DNA of 64,000 nucleotides from an uncultured Candidatus Entotheonella sp. (GTDB taxonomy: Bacteria; Tectomicrobia; Entotheonellia; Entotheonellales; Entotheonellaceae). Below are positions 1 through 9,525 of this stretch, in pieces; position 1 is the stretch's first letter, and the number at the start of each line of letters is the position of its first letter. Made by a program: the position numbers and the translations under genes. A model generated the notes under the pieces. That model was not told the DNA's origin and made no database searches. It was given only the letters and a program-made list of their open reading frames with translations. The stretch covers positions 416,001-480,000 of the forward strand of contig CBDCDA010000001.1 of assembly GCA_965215335.1 (NCBI GenBank), read 5' to 3'.

Positions 1-385
1 ACGTCCATACATCCACTCTTTTGCATTGGGACATGGATGAGGTGGGGAGGCCCATGCCGTATTTGCCTATCCCCCTATCTGATTCGTGACGTGTTCCCCC
101 GCCAAACTTGAGCGCGTCAAGCAGAGTCCTCGCATCCATCCCGTCACCGTTGTCCAGAACGGCGACTTCAGAAACTCGCCGTCGGGTCTGTGTTCCTACG
201 CTCTGGGGCCGTTCCATGCAGAGGAGGTCGATCTGCCCGGCATTTGCCTCTATCGAATTGTCGATGAGTTCGGCAATGGCATAGGCGGTGTTGTGATACC
301 GACTGTCCCGCAGGGCTCGTATGGTGAAATTGCTCGGAAAGAGACTGCGGTCAGCATTTTTCAGTTCGGCGAGTTCGTCGACCAT
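1..385 (-). CDS. GHKL/MORC-type ATPase (HATPase_c_3), N-terminal part; runs off the left edge
   Basis: Not in the ORF track. Manual translation from ATG at 385 (GGAGGAG RBS): MVDELAELKNADRSLFPSNFTIRALRDSRYHNTAYAIAELIDNSIEA...VAVLDNGDGM...GIGKYGMGLPTSSMSQCKRVDVWT. Contains the N-box (ELIDNS), G1 (DNGDGM) and G2 (GKYGMG). Start overlaps the helicase 3' end. Confidence 0.9.
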   Translation of the reverse strand, partial: MVDELAELKNADRSLFPSNFTIRALRDSRYHNTAYAIAELIDNSIEANAGQIDLLCMERPQSVGTQTRRRVSEVAVLDNGDGMDARTLLDALKFGGGTRHESDRGIGKYGMGLPTSSMSQCKRVDVWT

Positions 386-1647
386 AACTCCTCCCAATTT
401 GTGAAGGCGTCCGTCACGGACCCGAATCCCGGAAGGTTCGTGTCGGCGACGGTGAGTATTTCGGCCTTTGAATTCCCACCGGCTCTGGGGCCACGCATTG
501 CTCGTCCCGCCATTTGCGAATAGAGCACGAGCGATGTCGTGGGACGAGCGATGATGACGCAACGCGTCTTGGGCGCATCGAAACCGGCGGTGAGCACGCC
601 ATAATTGAAGATCACCCTATGCTCTCTGCGGTCGCTTCTGAAATCCTTGAGGATGGCTTGACGCTCTTCACTGGAGGTATGCGCGGTCACCACATCCGCT
701 AAAATACCTTTGGTCCTGAGGCGTTCATTACATTCCAGAGCGCTTTCTACCGATGGGCAGAACGCAATGGTGCGCGGGTGACGTGCAGCGGCGTCCTCGG
801 CAAGTTCGACGATCCGGCGCGTGCGCTGATCATTGCGGCCCAAATCCTCCAGATCACGGGTGCTGTAATCCACTCCGGGCTGGGGCTCGGCAACGGCGGT
901 GTCAGACTCGAAGCAGACGGGCACGAAGCGCGGGTCGGCCAGATAGCGGTTCTGGATGAGGTAAGTAACGGGATTGCCATGTCCCCTTGGATCTATTGAC
1001 ACCTTGTTGTGATTGAACATGCCGGCAAGCCTGTAATCCGCATCCGAAAGATTGGCGGTACGTCCCGGCGTGGCTGTAAGACCAAGCAATGGCGGCCTTA
1101 CGCTGCATAACTGCTCGGTCATGAAAGAATATGTTTCTGCAACTGCCTGGTGAGCCTCATCGAAGATGACGGCCGCGACGCAATGCGCAAGATGTGCCAG
1201 CAGAGTGTTGTCCTGGAATGCAACCGAGCGCAATTTGGCAAGACCTGTGACCAAAAACCCGCTTGGCAGGCGACGCAGGTCAAGTGACCGATTACCCCAG
1301 TGTCGATGAATGCAGGCATCTCGCCGCCCCAGAAATGTCCAGGCATGGGAAAGCTGGTCGGCCGCCTGCTCGCACAGCTCCTCTGTGGAAGCCAGCCAGA
1401 TGATCAAGGCGTCATCCGTGTCTTTCTCGTTGAGCAGGTGACAGGTAACGTGGGCTGCGATTCTGGTCTTTCCGGCGCCGGTAGGAAGGTGAGCGACGAC
1501 TCGACGCTCAGGAGATGACAAGGCACGGAGGATGTCGGCCAACACCTGCCGTTGGTAGGGATGCAGCGGATATTTTGGACTGATCGTCTCCCTGGGTGTC
1601 TCAGACGCCACAGAGCCCCTCGCACTCGTCGATGAAATGGCCGCCAT
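361..1647 (-). CDS. SF2 DEAD/DEAH-box helicase
   Basis: Q motif LHPYQ, Walker A PTGAGKT, DEAH, TATPGR, GFDAP, QMAGRAMR. Start is ATG 1647 or GTG 1611. Confidence 0.9.
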   Translation of the reverse strand: MAAISSTSARGSVASETPRETISPKYPLHPYQRQVLADILRALSSPERRVVAHLPTGAGKTRIAAHVTCHLLNEKDTDDALIIWLASTEELCEQAADQLSHAWTFLGRRDACIHRHWGNRSLDLRRLPSGFLVTGLAKLRSVAFQDNTLLAHLAHCVAAVIFDEAHQAVAETYSFMTEQLCSVRPPLLGLTATPGRTANLSDADYRLAGMFNHNKVSIDPRGHGNPVTYLIQNRYLADPRFVPVCFESDTAVAEPQPGVDYSTRDLEDLGRNDQRTRRIVELAEDAAARHPRTIAFCPSVESALECNERLRTKGILADVVTAHTSSEERQAILKDFRSDRREHRVIFNYGVLTAGFDAPKTRCVIIARPTTSLVLYSQMAGRAMRGPRAGGNSKAEILTVADTNLPGFGSVTDAFTNWEELWSTNSPN

Positions 1648-2470
1648 CTTCTGGACCTTGTGTTTCCCGTTCTGCAATGATACTGGCAAGAGGGCGGCGT
1701 GAGGAATGAAGATACGGACGGCCATCCAGCAACTCCCTCACCGGGTTCTTCCTGCTGCTTCGGAGCCACTGGTCGAACTTCACGGCCTCGTCGTAACTGG
1801 CCGGTTCGGAGCGCTTCAACTCAAGCCAGTGTTCGTCGGACCGATATGGACATATGACGCATGCCGAGCGTGGCAGACGGCGTCCCGGATACGCGGAGGT
1901 AAACCACTCGATGCAGTCCTGGCGCGACATGCGGATGTCCACCAGCGGCCAGCGATGCCTGACCCACGGTTCCCGGCTTGGCTTCATGCGGCCTACTTCA
2001 TCCGATGAGATGCCGAGCCACATCTCGACGTGGGTGTTACTCGGAAAGCGTCGCCCACGTTGTCCGCCGGCGCGTTCTCTGATCTGCCGATAAATGGGTT
2101 TGATCTTGTAGTGGGTCGTGCACTGCCGCCGCAACATCCCTTTCTTGCCATTCTTGTCGACGGTGAAGAAGGGTACATCGACGAAGCGATGCCCCGATAC
2201 CGTGCGTCCCCGTCTCAGGTTTGCCCTCAGATTTCCCTGGGACACACGGATTAATGGGTAGTCAAGCTGTTTTTCCAGCCAGTCCAGATGACGGTACACG
2301 TAGCTGGGTTCCCAGCCGGTGTCGGCGAAAACAGCAGCGTCTGGCCTGGGGTAACCGAATTCGATCAGGCGCGGGTCGGACCTCGACAATAGAAGTGCCA
2401 AGACGGAGCTTTGCGTCCCAGCGCCCAAGCTGAGGACGCGATAGACGACGGTGCTCGCCTCCGTAATCAT
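1601..2470 (-). CDS. PAPS-reductase-like (PP-loop, Cys-rich) protein
   Basis: SLGAGTQS PP-loop variant, FADTGWE, RQCT..YKIKP, LGISSDE..R, WPL, SACVICPY and C-terminal ECEGLCGV. Confidence 0.75.
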   Translation of the reverse strand: MITEASTVVYRVLSLGAGTQSSVLALLLSRSDPRLIEFGYPRPDAAVFADTGWEPSYVYRHLDWLEKQLDYPLIRVSQGNLRANLRRGRTVSGHRFVDVPFFTVDKNGKKGMLRRQCTTHYKIKPIYRQIRERAGGQRGRRFPSNTHVEMWLGISSDEVGRMKPSREPWVRHRWPLVDIRMSRQDCIEWFTSAYPGRRLPRSACVICPYRSDEHWLELKRSEPASYDEAVKFDQWLRSSRKNPVRELLDGRPYLHSSRRPLASIIAERETQGPEDGGHFIDECEGLCGV

Positions 2471-2583
2471 CCCAGGGATCCTTTCTTTGCAAGGCCCTTT
2501 ATGATGGGGATGCAACCCACGGCAAGTTTCTGGGCCATCTTTCCCCATGAATCAAAGTGCTGTCCTGGGTCGAGGCCTCGTGA

Positions 2584-2904
2584 TCATTTCATGACGGACC
2601 TGGGTGTCGAGGCAATACGGGTGACCTTGATCTTCTCGCGGTCGAGCATGGCGGGAATCCGGGGCGCGATGGTGTTCTTCCAGTGATCGCTGTCGTAGAC
2701 GGCCTCGTACAGGCGCTTGCGGTCCGCCTCGCTGTCAAAGCGGCGAATCCACACGTACAGATCGTCTTCTTCCTCGCCCACAAAGCTGCCGAGGATGACC
2801 ATGCCCTTGGAGACCTGGAAGGGGATGATCTCGTCTTCCATGAACGATACCCAGGCCTCGCGCTGGCCAGGCTTGGTGTGATACTCACGCAATTCGAGAA
2901 ACAT
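2584..2904 (-). CDS. NIPSNAP family protein
   Basis: ELREYHTKPG...YVWIRRFDSEA pattern; ~106 aa. Confidence 0.85.
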   Translation of the reverse strand: MFLELREYHTKPGQREAWVSFMEDEIIPFQVSKGMVILGSFVGEEEDDLYVWIRRFDSEADRKRLYEAVYDSDHWKNTIAPRIPAMLDREKIKVTRIASTPRSVMK

Positions 2905-2991
2905 GCGCCTCTCCTCCAAGAAAGGTCGTAGGTATTGGTCTGGGGGAAATGTGTCGATGGGGTGCAAGCATAGGGAGCCCGGGGTTGCGTG

Positions 2992-3633
2992 TCAACCGGC
3001 GAGGGGAGCCTTGCAGGCCATGACGACGTACAGTGGGTCGCCGCCCGGCGGGAAGGGCGGCGAGCAGTCGCGGGCTTCAAGGTCAACGAATCCGCCGGCT
3101 TCCCTGAAGTAGGCGGCGATCAGGTCAGCGTGCTGGTGGTCGTTGAGCCGCCGCCAGACGGCCACTGCTTTGGTGGGGAACATGCGGTTGGAATAGATGA
3201 CGGCGAACAGGCCGCCCGTCCGCAGGACGCGATGCACGTCACGGAACACGGCCACCGGCTGGGTGAGGTACTGGATCGACACGGTGATGACCGCGGCGTC
3301 GAAGCTGGCGTCGCCGAACGGCAGCCGGGGAACGGCGTTGACGTCGTGCACCACGAAGGCGTCCAGTTCCGGGTTGTCGGCCATTTCCTCGGCGTTGAGG
3401 CCGAGGCCGACCAGGCGGCGCCTGGCGAGTTCCGGCGGCCAGTGCGAGCGCCAGCTGCTGAGCAGGTCGAGCACCTCGGCGCCGGGTGGCACGGCGTCGC
3501 GCAGGAAGTCCGCCACGGCCGCGCAGGCAGCCGCGTCGAGGTGCACCACCTTGCGCGGCTCGACGTAGAAGAGGGGGTCCGGGCTGTCGTCCAGGCGGAT
3601 AAAATCGTCCGGCTGGAAGCGGGATGCGTTCAT
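2992..3633 (-). CDS. Class I SAM-dependent methyltransferase
   Basis: DSPDPLFYVEPR.VVHLD, VLDLLSSWRSH, GLGLNAEEMADN, SNRMFPTKA. Confidence 0.85.
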   Translation of the reverse strand: MNASRFQPDDFIRLDDSPDPLFYVEPRKVVHLDAAACAAVADFLRDAVPPGAEVLDLLSSWRSHWPPELARRRLVGLGLNAEEMADNPELDAFVVHDVNAVPRLPFGDASFDAAVITVSIQYLTQPVAVFRDVHRVLRTGGLFAVIYSNRMFPTKAVAVWRRLNDHQHADLIAAYFREAGGFVDLEARDCSPPFPPGGDPLYVVMACKAPLAG

Positions 3634-3646
3634 ACCGGGGCGTCGC

Positions 3647-4606
3647 TCAAAACCAGCGGCTCTTGTCTACGACGTTACGCAGCGGGCGGCCCTCGTTGAA
3701 GCGCTGGCAGTTGTCGAGCAGCAATTCGGTGCGGCGCTCTTGCAGGTAAGGGCCGATGCCGGCGACGTGCGGTGTCAGCAGCACGCCCGGCGTGTTCCAC
3801 AAGGTGTGCTGTGGCGGCAGGGGCTCGGTCTCGAACACGTCGAGACCGGCACCGGCGATTTCGCCGCTGCGCAGGGCGACAACCAATTCGTCGAGCTTCA
3901 CGCAGGCGCCGCGCCCGATATTGACGAGAAAGGCGGATTTGCGCATGGCGCGAAACTCGGCCTTGCCCATCAGGCCCTCGGTCTCGGGGGTGTGCGGCAC
4001 CGTGAGGATGACGAAATCGGCTTGCGGCAGCATCTTGTGCAAGGCGTCGGGACGCCGCAGTTCTTTCATGCTCGGCGGCGCCTCGGGACGGCGGGCGTCG
4101 ACGCCGATGACGGTCATCCCGAAGGCGGCGCAGAGGCGCGCCGTTTCGCTGCCGATGCCACCGACGCCGACGATGAGGACGGTGGCTTCCGGCAGGTGGA
4201 TGACGTCGTGCTCGCCGCGCGGGCGCCATTGCCGCACCAGCTGGTTCGGCAGGTAGTGATGCAGGCCACGTGCGAAGGCCAGGACAAAGGCCATGATATG
4301 GGCGCCGATGTGGTCGTTGTAGATTTCGCGCTGGTTGGTGACCACAACCTCGTTGTCGATGAGCTCCGGGGTGTAATAACCGGCGGGTGGCGCCGCCGCC
4401 GGGGCCTGAATCCAGCGCAGGCGCCTGGCGCGGTTCAACAAATCCGGCGTCACGTCGCCGTATGCCGCGTCAGCGTCGACGATGGCCTCGCGTGCGGCGG
4501 CGGGGCCGTCGAACAGGAGCGCCTCGCAATCAGGCACCACGGTGCGGATTTTCTCCGGCCAGTCTGCCTGTGTGTTGGGCGGCAGGAGAACCATTTTGAA
4601 ACCCAT
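3647..4606 (-). CDS. D-2-hydroxyacid dehydrogenase
   Basis: GVGGIG Rossmann motif, NIGRG, AGLDVFETEPLP, TPHVAG. Confidence 0.92.
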   Translation of the reverse strand: MGFKMVLLPPNTQADWPEKIRTVVPDCEALLFDGPAAAREAIVDADAAYGDVTPDLLNRARRLRWIQAPAAAPPAGYYTPELIDNEVVVTNQREIYNDHIGAHIMAFVLAFARGLHHYLPNQLVRQWRPRGEHDVIHLPEATVLIVGVGGIGSETARLCAAFGMTVIGVDARRPEAPPSMKELRRPDALHKMLPQADFVILTVPHTPETEGLMGKAEFRAMRKSAFLVNIGRGACVKLDELVVALRSGEIAGAGLDVFETEPLPPQHTLWNTPGVLLTPHVAGIGPYLQERRTELLLDNCQRFNEGRPLRNVVDKSRWF

Positions 4607-4627
4607 GAGCGACTCCCTTTCGTCGGG

Positions 4628-4905
4628 TTAGATGGTGTGCTGGTCACGCAGCCGTCGGATATCCGCGTCGTCGTAGCCCAGGGATTGCAGAATGTCGTCC
4701 GTGTGCGCGCCCAGCGGTGGGGCGGGCGGGCCGACCTCGCCCGGCGTGGCGGACAGGTTGACCGGCAGGCCAACGACCTTGACCGACCCCCCTGCAGGGT
4801 GGCGCTGCTCTGCAACCATGCCGTTGTGGCGCACCTGCGGGTCCGCGAAGCTCGGCGTAATCGTACACTGGCGCGCAGAGCACGTCGTAGGTGCTCAGGT
4901 AGGCG
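4628..4905 (-). pseudogene. C-terminal remnant of a family III (CaiB/BaiF) CoA-transferase
   Basis: VLCAPVYDYAEL / DPQVRHNGMV...PAPPLGAHTDDILQSLGY lie in two frames; the N-terminal portion is absent. Confidence 0.75.
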
Positions 4906-5043
4906 GGTCATCGGATGGCGTGTTTATACCACAGGTGCCAACAAACGGTCCACGCAGGGGTTGACAGGACGGTAGCGGGGTGTGTAGATGGGGGACGGTG
5001 TTCCAAGGTATCCAGGAATACAGAAGTCGGGAGTGGGGGCGTT

Positions 5044-5823
5044 ATGCGACGATTCGAGGGCAAGGTTGTGGCGGTGACGGGCGGCGCGTCGGGGATCGGC
5101 GAAGCGACCGCGCGGCGTTGTGGCGCCGAGGGCGCTCGGGTGGCGATTGCCGACCGCGATGCCGGGCGTGGCGAGCAGGTGGCGGCGGACTTGCAGGATC
5201 AAGGCATCGAGGCGCTGTTCGTGGCGGCGCAAATGGAACGGGAAGAGGCAGCAACGGACTTCGTGCGGCGCACGGTGGACCGTTTCGGGCGCCTCGACGT
5301 GCTGGTGAACAACGCCGGCATTCGACTGTACCAGACGGTGGTGGAGGCCAGCGCCGAGAGTTGGGAAACGATCCTGGCGGTCAACGTGAAGGGCTACGCC
5401 TTCTGCGCCAAGGCCGCCATTCCGGTGATGCGGCAGAACGGTGGCGGCAGCCTTGTCAACGTGGCGTCGATACGAGCCGTCACCGCTGGCGGCAACATGA
5501 CGCAGTACGACACCAGCAAGGCGGCCGTGGCCGGGCTGACGCGCGGCCTGGCCATGGATCACGCCATGGAGGGCATCCGGGTCAACGCCGTGTGCCCGGG
5601 GCCGATCTTCACGCGCTTCCACGAGAACCGGGCGCAGGAGGCCGGCAAGACACCGGATGCGTTCAAGAAGACCTTCGCGGGCGGCGTCATGCTGCAGCGG
5701 CCGGGCACGCCGGAGGAAGTAGCGGCCTGTATCCTGTTTCTCGCTTCGGACGATGCCTCATTCGTCACCGGCGCCTGCCTGTTCGTCGACGGCGGGCTGA
5801 CCGCAGCGTCGCCAACTCCTTGA
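5044..5823 (+). CDS. SDR family oxidoreductase
   Basis: TGGASGIG, NNAG, YDTSK, VNAVCPG. Confidence 0.93.
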   Translation: MRRFEGKVVAVTGGASGIGEATARRCGAEGARVAIADRDAGRGEQVAADLQDQGIEALFVAAQMEREEAATDFVRRTVDRFGRLDVLVNNAGIRLYQTVVEASAESWETILAVNVKGYAFCAKAAIPVMRQNGGGSLVNVASIRAVTAGGNMTQYDTSKAAVAGLTRGLAMDHAMEGIRVNAVCPGPIFTRFHENRAQEAGKTPDAFKKTFAGGVMLQRPGTPEEVAACILFLASDDASFVTGACLFVDGGLTAASPTP

Positions 5824-5979
5824 TTTCAAAGGACGTCACAGATATTACCAACTGGGTTGAGACCGCTTGAAGGTATTCCACACGTTTTGGGGAAAACCAC
5901 TGTAATTTCCCGTCTAAGCGATTGGTGGAAGTGAGGTTGGGCGGAATGATGAACATGTCATCACCACACCACCCCGGCG

Positions 5980-6420
5980 TCAGGGTTGCCAGCGGGCGAC
6001 CGTCTCGATGGCTTCGCCGAGTGGAGCGAGGAAGCGCACGTCGCGGCGCGACGTGCCACAGGTGAGGCAGGTCCAGCGCGGCAGCAGGCCCCGGCGCCAG
6101 CGCACCCCGGCGGTGCGGCGGTTGCACGTCCGGCAATGGCCCGGCACGGTGCCGAAGAGCCAGCCACAGGTCCAGCATACCCATTTGCTGGCGATGCCGG
6201 CAGCATCCCGCACCAGCGCGCCCTCGGTGCGGCGGCGGCAGACCCGGCAATGGGCGTGCCGCCAGCTGGTGACGCGCCAATCCATGAAGCGGCTCTGGCC
6301 GCAGCCGGCGCATTCCCAGATCATGACGGGCTTTTCGAGATTGGGGATGCGGCGCCAGGTGGTCTGGTGGCCGCATGGCTCGCAGTGGGCTTGCTGGGGT
6401 CTGAGGTCCGGCTCGTACAT
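5980..6420 (-). CDS. Hypothetical protein with three tandem zinc-ribbon-like repeats
   Basis: Six CxxC motifs arranged as three HCxxC...WxCxxCG units. Confidence 0.6.
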   Translation of the reverse strand: MYEPDLRPQQAHCEPCGHQTTWRRIPNLEKPVMIWECAGCGQSRFMDWRVTSWRHAHCRVCRRRTEGALVRDAAGIASKWVCWTCGWLFGTVPGHCRTCNRRTAGVRWRRGLLPRWTCLTCGTSRRDVRFLAPLGEAIETVARWQP

Positions 6421-6505
6421 CCGGGCTGCCTGTTGGCGCCGCGGTGCGGCGCCCTGACTATGGATCCGAAAGAAATGTTCCGTCGACGAGGCGAGGAGGC
6501 CGCCC

Positions 6506-7225
6506 ATGAGTCCGCATTATGCCCTGGTTACGGCTGGCGCGCAGGGGTTGGGACGGGCCATGGCGCGGCATCTGGGGCGCCATGGGTACGGCCTGTTCAT
6601 CCACTACCACACCGGCCGGGGAAATGCCGAGGCGCTGCAGGCCGAGGTCGCCGCGGCGGGCGGCGAGGCGGTTTGCGTGCAGGCCGACCTGTCACGCGCC
6701 GCGGGCCGTGAGGCCCTGGTGGCGGAAATCGCCGACCGCACACCGGCGTTGCACGTCCTGATCAACAATCTCGGCTGGTATTTCATGGAGCGACTGCCCG
6801 ACATCACCCTGGCGCAGTGGGAGCAGGCCCTCAGCCTCAACTGCACGGTGGCCTTTCACCTGACGCAACTCGCGTTGCCCCTCATGGAAGCCGCCCGGCC
6901 GCCGGGGCGCATCATCAATATCGGCGATTCGGCCTGTGACCGCCTGGCCGCGCACGTCATGGCGACGCCCTACCACATCGCCAAGCTGGGCCTGCACGTG
7001 CTGACGCGCAGCTACGCGGAACTGCTCATGCCCAAGGGCATCACGGTCAACATGATCTCGCCGGGATTTCTGGAAAACAGCGTCGGCCGGCCGCCCGCCC
7101 GGCTGCCAGCCGGGCGCAAAGGGGCGTTCGCCGACGTGCTCGGCGCCCTGGATTACCTCCTCTCCGAGCAGGCCGCCTACGTGTCGGGAACCAATCTGCT
7201 GGTGACCGGCGCCTGGCAGCTATGA
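6506..7225 (+). CDS. SDR family oxidoreductase
   Basis: TAGAQGLG, INNLG, YHIAK, VNMISPG. Confidence 0.9.
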   Translation: MSPHYALVTAGAQGLGRAMARHLGRHGYGLFIHYHTGRGNAEALQAEVAAAGGEAVCVQADLSRAAGREALVAEIADRTPALHVLINNLGWYFMERLPDITLAQWEQALSLNCTVAFHLTQLALPLMEAARPPGRIINIGDSACDRLAAHVMATPYHIAKLGLHVLTRSYAELLMPKGITVNMISPGFLENSVGRPPARLPAGRKGAFADVLGALDYLLSEQAAYVSGTNLLVTGAWQL

Positions 7226-8200
7226 GCGCTGGCACAGGTAAACCCCTTCCTCTTGCGAATCAAGCACCCACGCCTGTCTGACGGCGAAGCCGGCGCCGCC
7301 GAGCACCTGCGGCAGCGCCACCGGCGTGAAGCGGTTCGAGAAGAACACCTCCAGCACCTCCCCCTTGCGAAAGGTGAACGATTCCTCGTAAAGCGCCAAG
7401 TGCACGTCTTGCAAGACGTGCGCGTCGACCTGGATGCGCCAGACGTGGCCATCCTCGCGCAGCGGCTGCGCCTGCACCGCCAGCCGCTGGTCGGCACCCG
7501 CAAGGCCCAGGCTGTCGAGCAGTCCGGCGAACCAGGCGCGGGCCAGCGGGTTGTCGTACTGCGGCAGGATGCGTTGCGCCGCCGAGCCGCAGGGGCCGGG
7601 CGACAGGTTGGCGGAAAGCAGCAGCAGGTCGGCGGGCCGCATCAGACGCCGCAGATAGGACAGCAGGGCGGCGGGGTCGAAGTTCGGGATGATGCCGAAG
7701 CAGCCGAAGACGCGGCAGGCGCCGACGGCTTCCTGTTGTGCCAGCCAGGGGGTCAGGTCGGGTTCCGCTGCCAGGTCGACGACCAGCGGCGAGGCGCCCA
7801 GGGTGGGGAACGCCGCTTGCAGGCGCAGCATCGTTTCCAGCACCAGCGCGGCGCTGGTATCCGTGGGGCTGACGTGCAGGGCACCGCCGCGGTCCAGGGC
7901 GTGGCGCACGAACAGGGCGTCCTTGTTGCCGCCGCCGCATCCCAGACTGACGTAGTGCAGGGGCCGTTCGTGCAGGGCGAGACGAATGGCGGCGTCGAAG
8001 GCTTGCTCGTACAGCGCCAACAGCTCCGGTTCGGTGCGCGACGGCGAGCAGGCCTGGTGGTAGGCCAGCCAACGCTGCGCCTGTGCCGGCGAGTCGTACA
8101 ACAGCCGCCCCGGCAGCTTGCGGGCGCACAGTCCCTTCCGGCACTGCATGGCCAGCTGCTCGGGATACTGGGATTCGTGAAACGTGAGGGTCACGGGCAT
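7220..8200 (-). CDS. EgtD-like (Methyltransf_33) SAM methyltransferase
   Basis: RKLPGRLLYDS, SLGCGGGNKD, FGIIPNF, FFSNRFT. Confidence 0.7.
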   Translation of the reverse strand: MPVTLTFHESQYPEQLAMQCRKGLCARKLPGRLLYDSPAQAQRWLAYHQACSPSRTEPELLALYEQAFDAAIRLALHERPLHYVSLGCGGGNKDALFVRHALDRGGALHVSPTDTSAALVLETMLRLQAAFPTLGASPLVVDLAAEPDLTPWLAQQEAVGACRVFGCFGIIPNFDPAALLSYLRRLMRPADLLLLSANLSPGPCGSAAQRILPQYDNPLARAWFAGLLDSLGLAGADQRLAVQAQPLREDGHVWRIQVDAHVLQDVHLALYEESFTFRKGEVLEVFFSNRFTPVALPQVLGGAGFAVRQAWVLDSQEEGVYLCQRS

Positions 8201-8490
8201 GCGGGGGTACTCCCCAAAGATCACAGAAACTTCATCCGTGTGAACCATCATGGATACATTTTTATCATTATCAAATGCAGGATGTACACTTCTCGGGGCG
8301 TCTCCCCGGGTCTGGGGATCATCGCCACACGCTGCGAACTCGCCCGCGGCGACCCACAGGCCGCCGCGGTACCGGGCTCTGCCGACGGGCTTCCCTTTTC
8401 CCTTGACACCCCGCACGCCTTCTCCTACGTTACCGCTGCCGCAAGCCCCGGTGGGGGATCGACTTCCCGACGAGCGTAAAGAAAAGGCCC

Positions 8491-8706
8491 ATGGCAACCC
8501 TCGTCTTCGACACCCATGCCTTTGTGAAGCAACCTGCCGAGGCCGGCATGCCCGAACCGCAGGCAGAAGTACTGGCGCGGACACAAGCGGCGCTGATTGA
8601 TGAACGATTGGCCATCAAAGAAGAAGTGACGGACCGGATATCTCCAGCGCCCGGTTCATCCCGCAGACCACCGCACCTCTACCGGCTGAGAAAGGGGCCA
8701 GCATGA
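8491..8706 (+). pseudogene. Truncated DUF1640/CCDC90-like N-terminus
   Basis: FDTHAFVK...AGMPEPQAEVL..LAIKEE; the expected coiled-coil and TM tail are missing. Confidence 0.6.
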
Positions 8707-9482
8707 CCGGCGAATGCCACCTCGACATCCGAGGCGTTTCGAAGCATTTCGGCGGGGTGCAGGCCATCGGCAACGTCAGCTTGCAGGTGAAGCGGGGGGA
8801 AATCGTCTCGGTGATCGGCCCCAATGGTGCCGGCAAGACGACGCTTCTGAACATGATCAGTGGCTTTTACCATCCCGACAGCGGTTCCATTCTCCTCGCC
8901 GACCGCGACATCTCACGTTTTTCCCCCAGCCGCATCGCCACCCTGGGCGTCGCCCGAACCTTCCAGAACATCGCGTTGTTTCGCGGCATGACGGTGCTCG
9001 ACAACCTCATGCTGGGGCGCCACGTCCACATGCGCACCGGCGCGCTGAGCGCCATGTTGCGCTTCGGGCCGGCCTTGCGCGAAGAGGTGCGACAGCGCGC
9101 GGTGGTCGAGGACGTCATCGAGTTTCTCGACATCCAGCCGTTGCGCAAACAGCCGGCGGGGGCGCTGGCCTACGGCCTGCAGAAGCGCGTCGAGCTCGGT
9201 CGCGCTCTGGCGGCGCACCCGCAGGTGCTGCTGCTCGATGAGCCGATGGGCGGCATGAACATAGAGGAAAAGGAGGACATGGCGCGCTTCATCCTGGATG
9301 TGAACGACGAATGGGGCGCCACGATCGTATTGATCGAGCACGACATGGGGGTGGTCATGGACATTTCCGATCGGGTCGTCGTTCTCGACCTGGGACAGAA
9401 AATCGCCGCCGGCACACCGGACGAGGTCCGGGAAGCGCCGGAAGTCATCAAAGCCTATCTGGGGACCCAGGCCGCGCGCTGA
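8703..9482 (+). CDS. Liv-type ABC transporter ATP-binding subunit (LivG-like)
   Basis: GPNGAGKTT, RTFQN, LLDEP, IEHDM. Confidence 0.95.
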   Translation: MTGECHLDIRGVSKHFGGVQAIGNVSLQVKRGEIVSVIGPNGAGKTTLLNMISGFYHPDSGSILLADRDISRFSPSRIATLGVARTFQNIALFRGMTVLDNLMLGRHVHMRTGALSAMLRFGPALREEVRQRAVVEDVIEFLDIQPLRKQPAGALAYGLQKRVELGRALAAHPQVLLLDEPMGGMNIEEKEDMARFILDVNDEWGATIVLIEHDMGVVMDISDRVVVLDLGQKIAAGTPDEVREAPEVIKAYLGTQAAR

Positions 9483-9525
9483 CTCAGGCCGCGCGCATCG
9501 ACAACCGCACCGTGAGAAAGAGACG

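Noticed and set aside
86..523. 145-aa plus-strand ORF
   Set aside because: Antisense to the clearly motif-bearing GHKL ATPase and helicase.
1601..2470. Sulfate-assimilation CysH or canonical DndC
   Set aside because: No cys or dndA/D/E genes in view, and the canonical SGGKDS and ECGLH motifs are absent.
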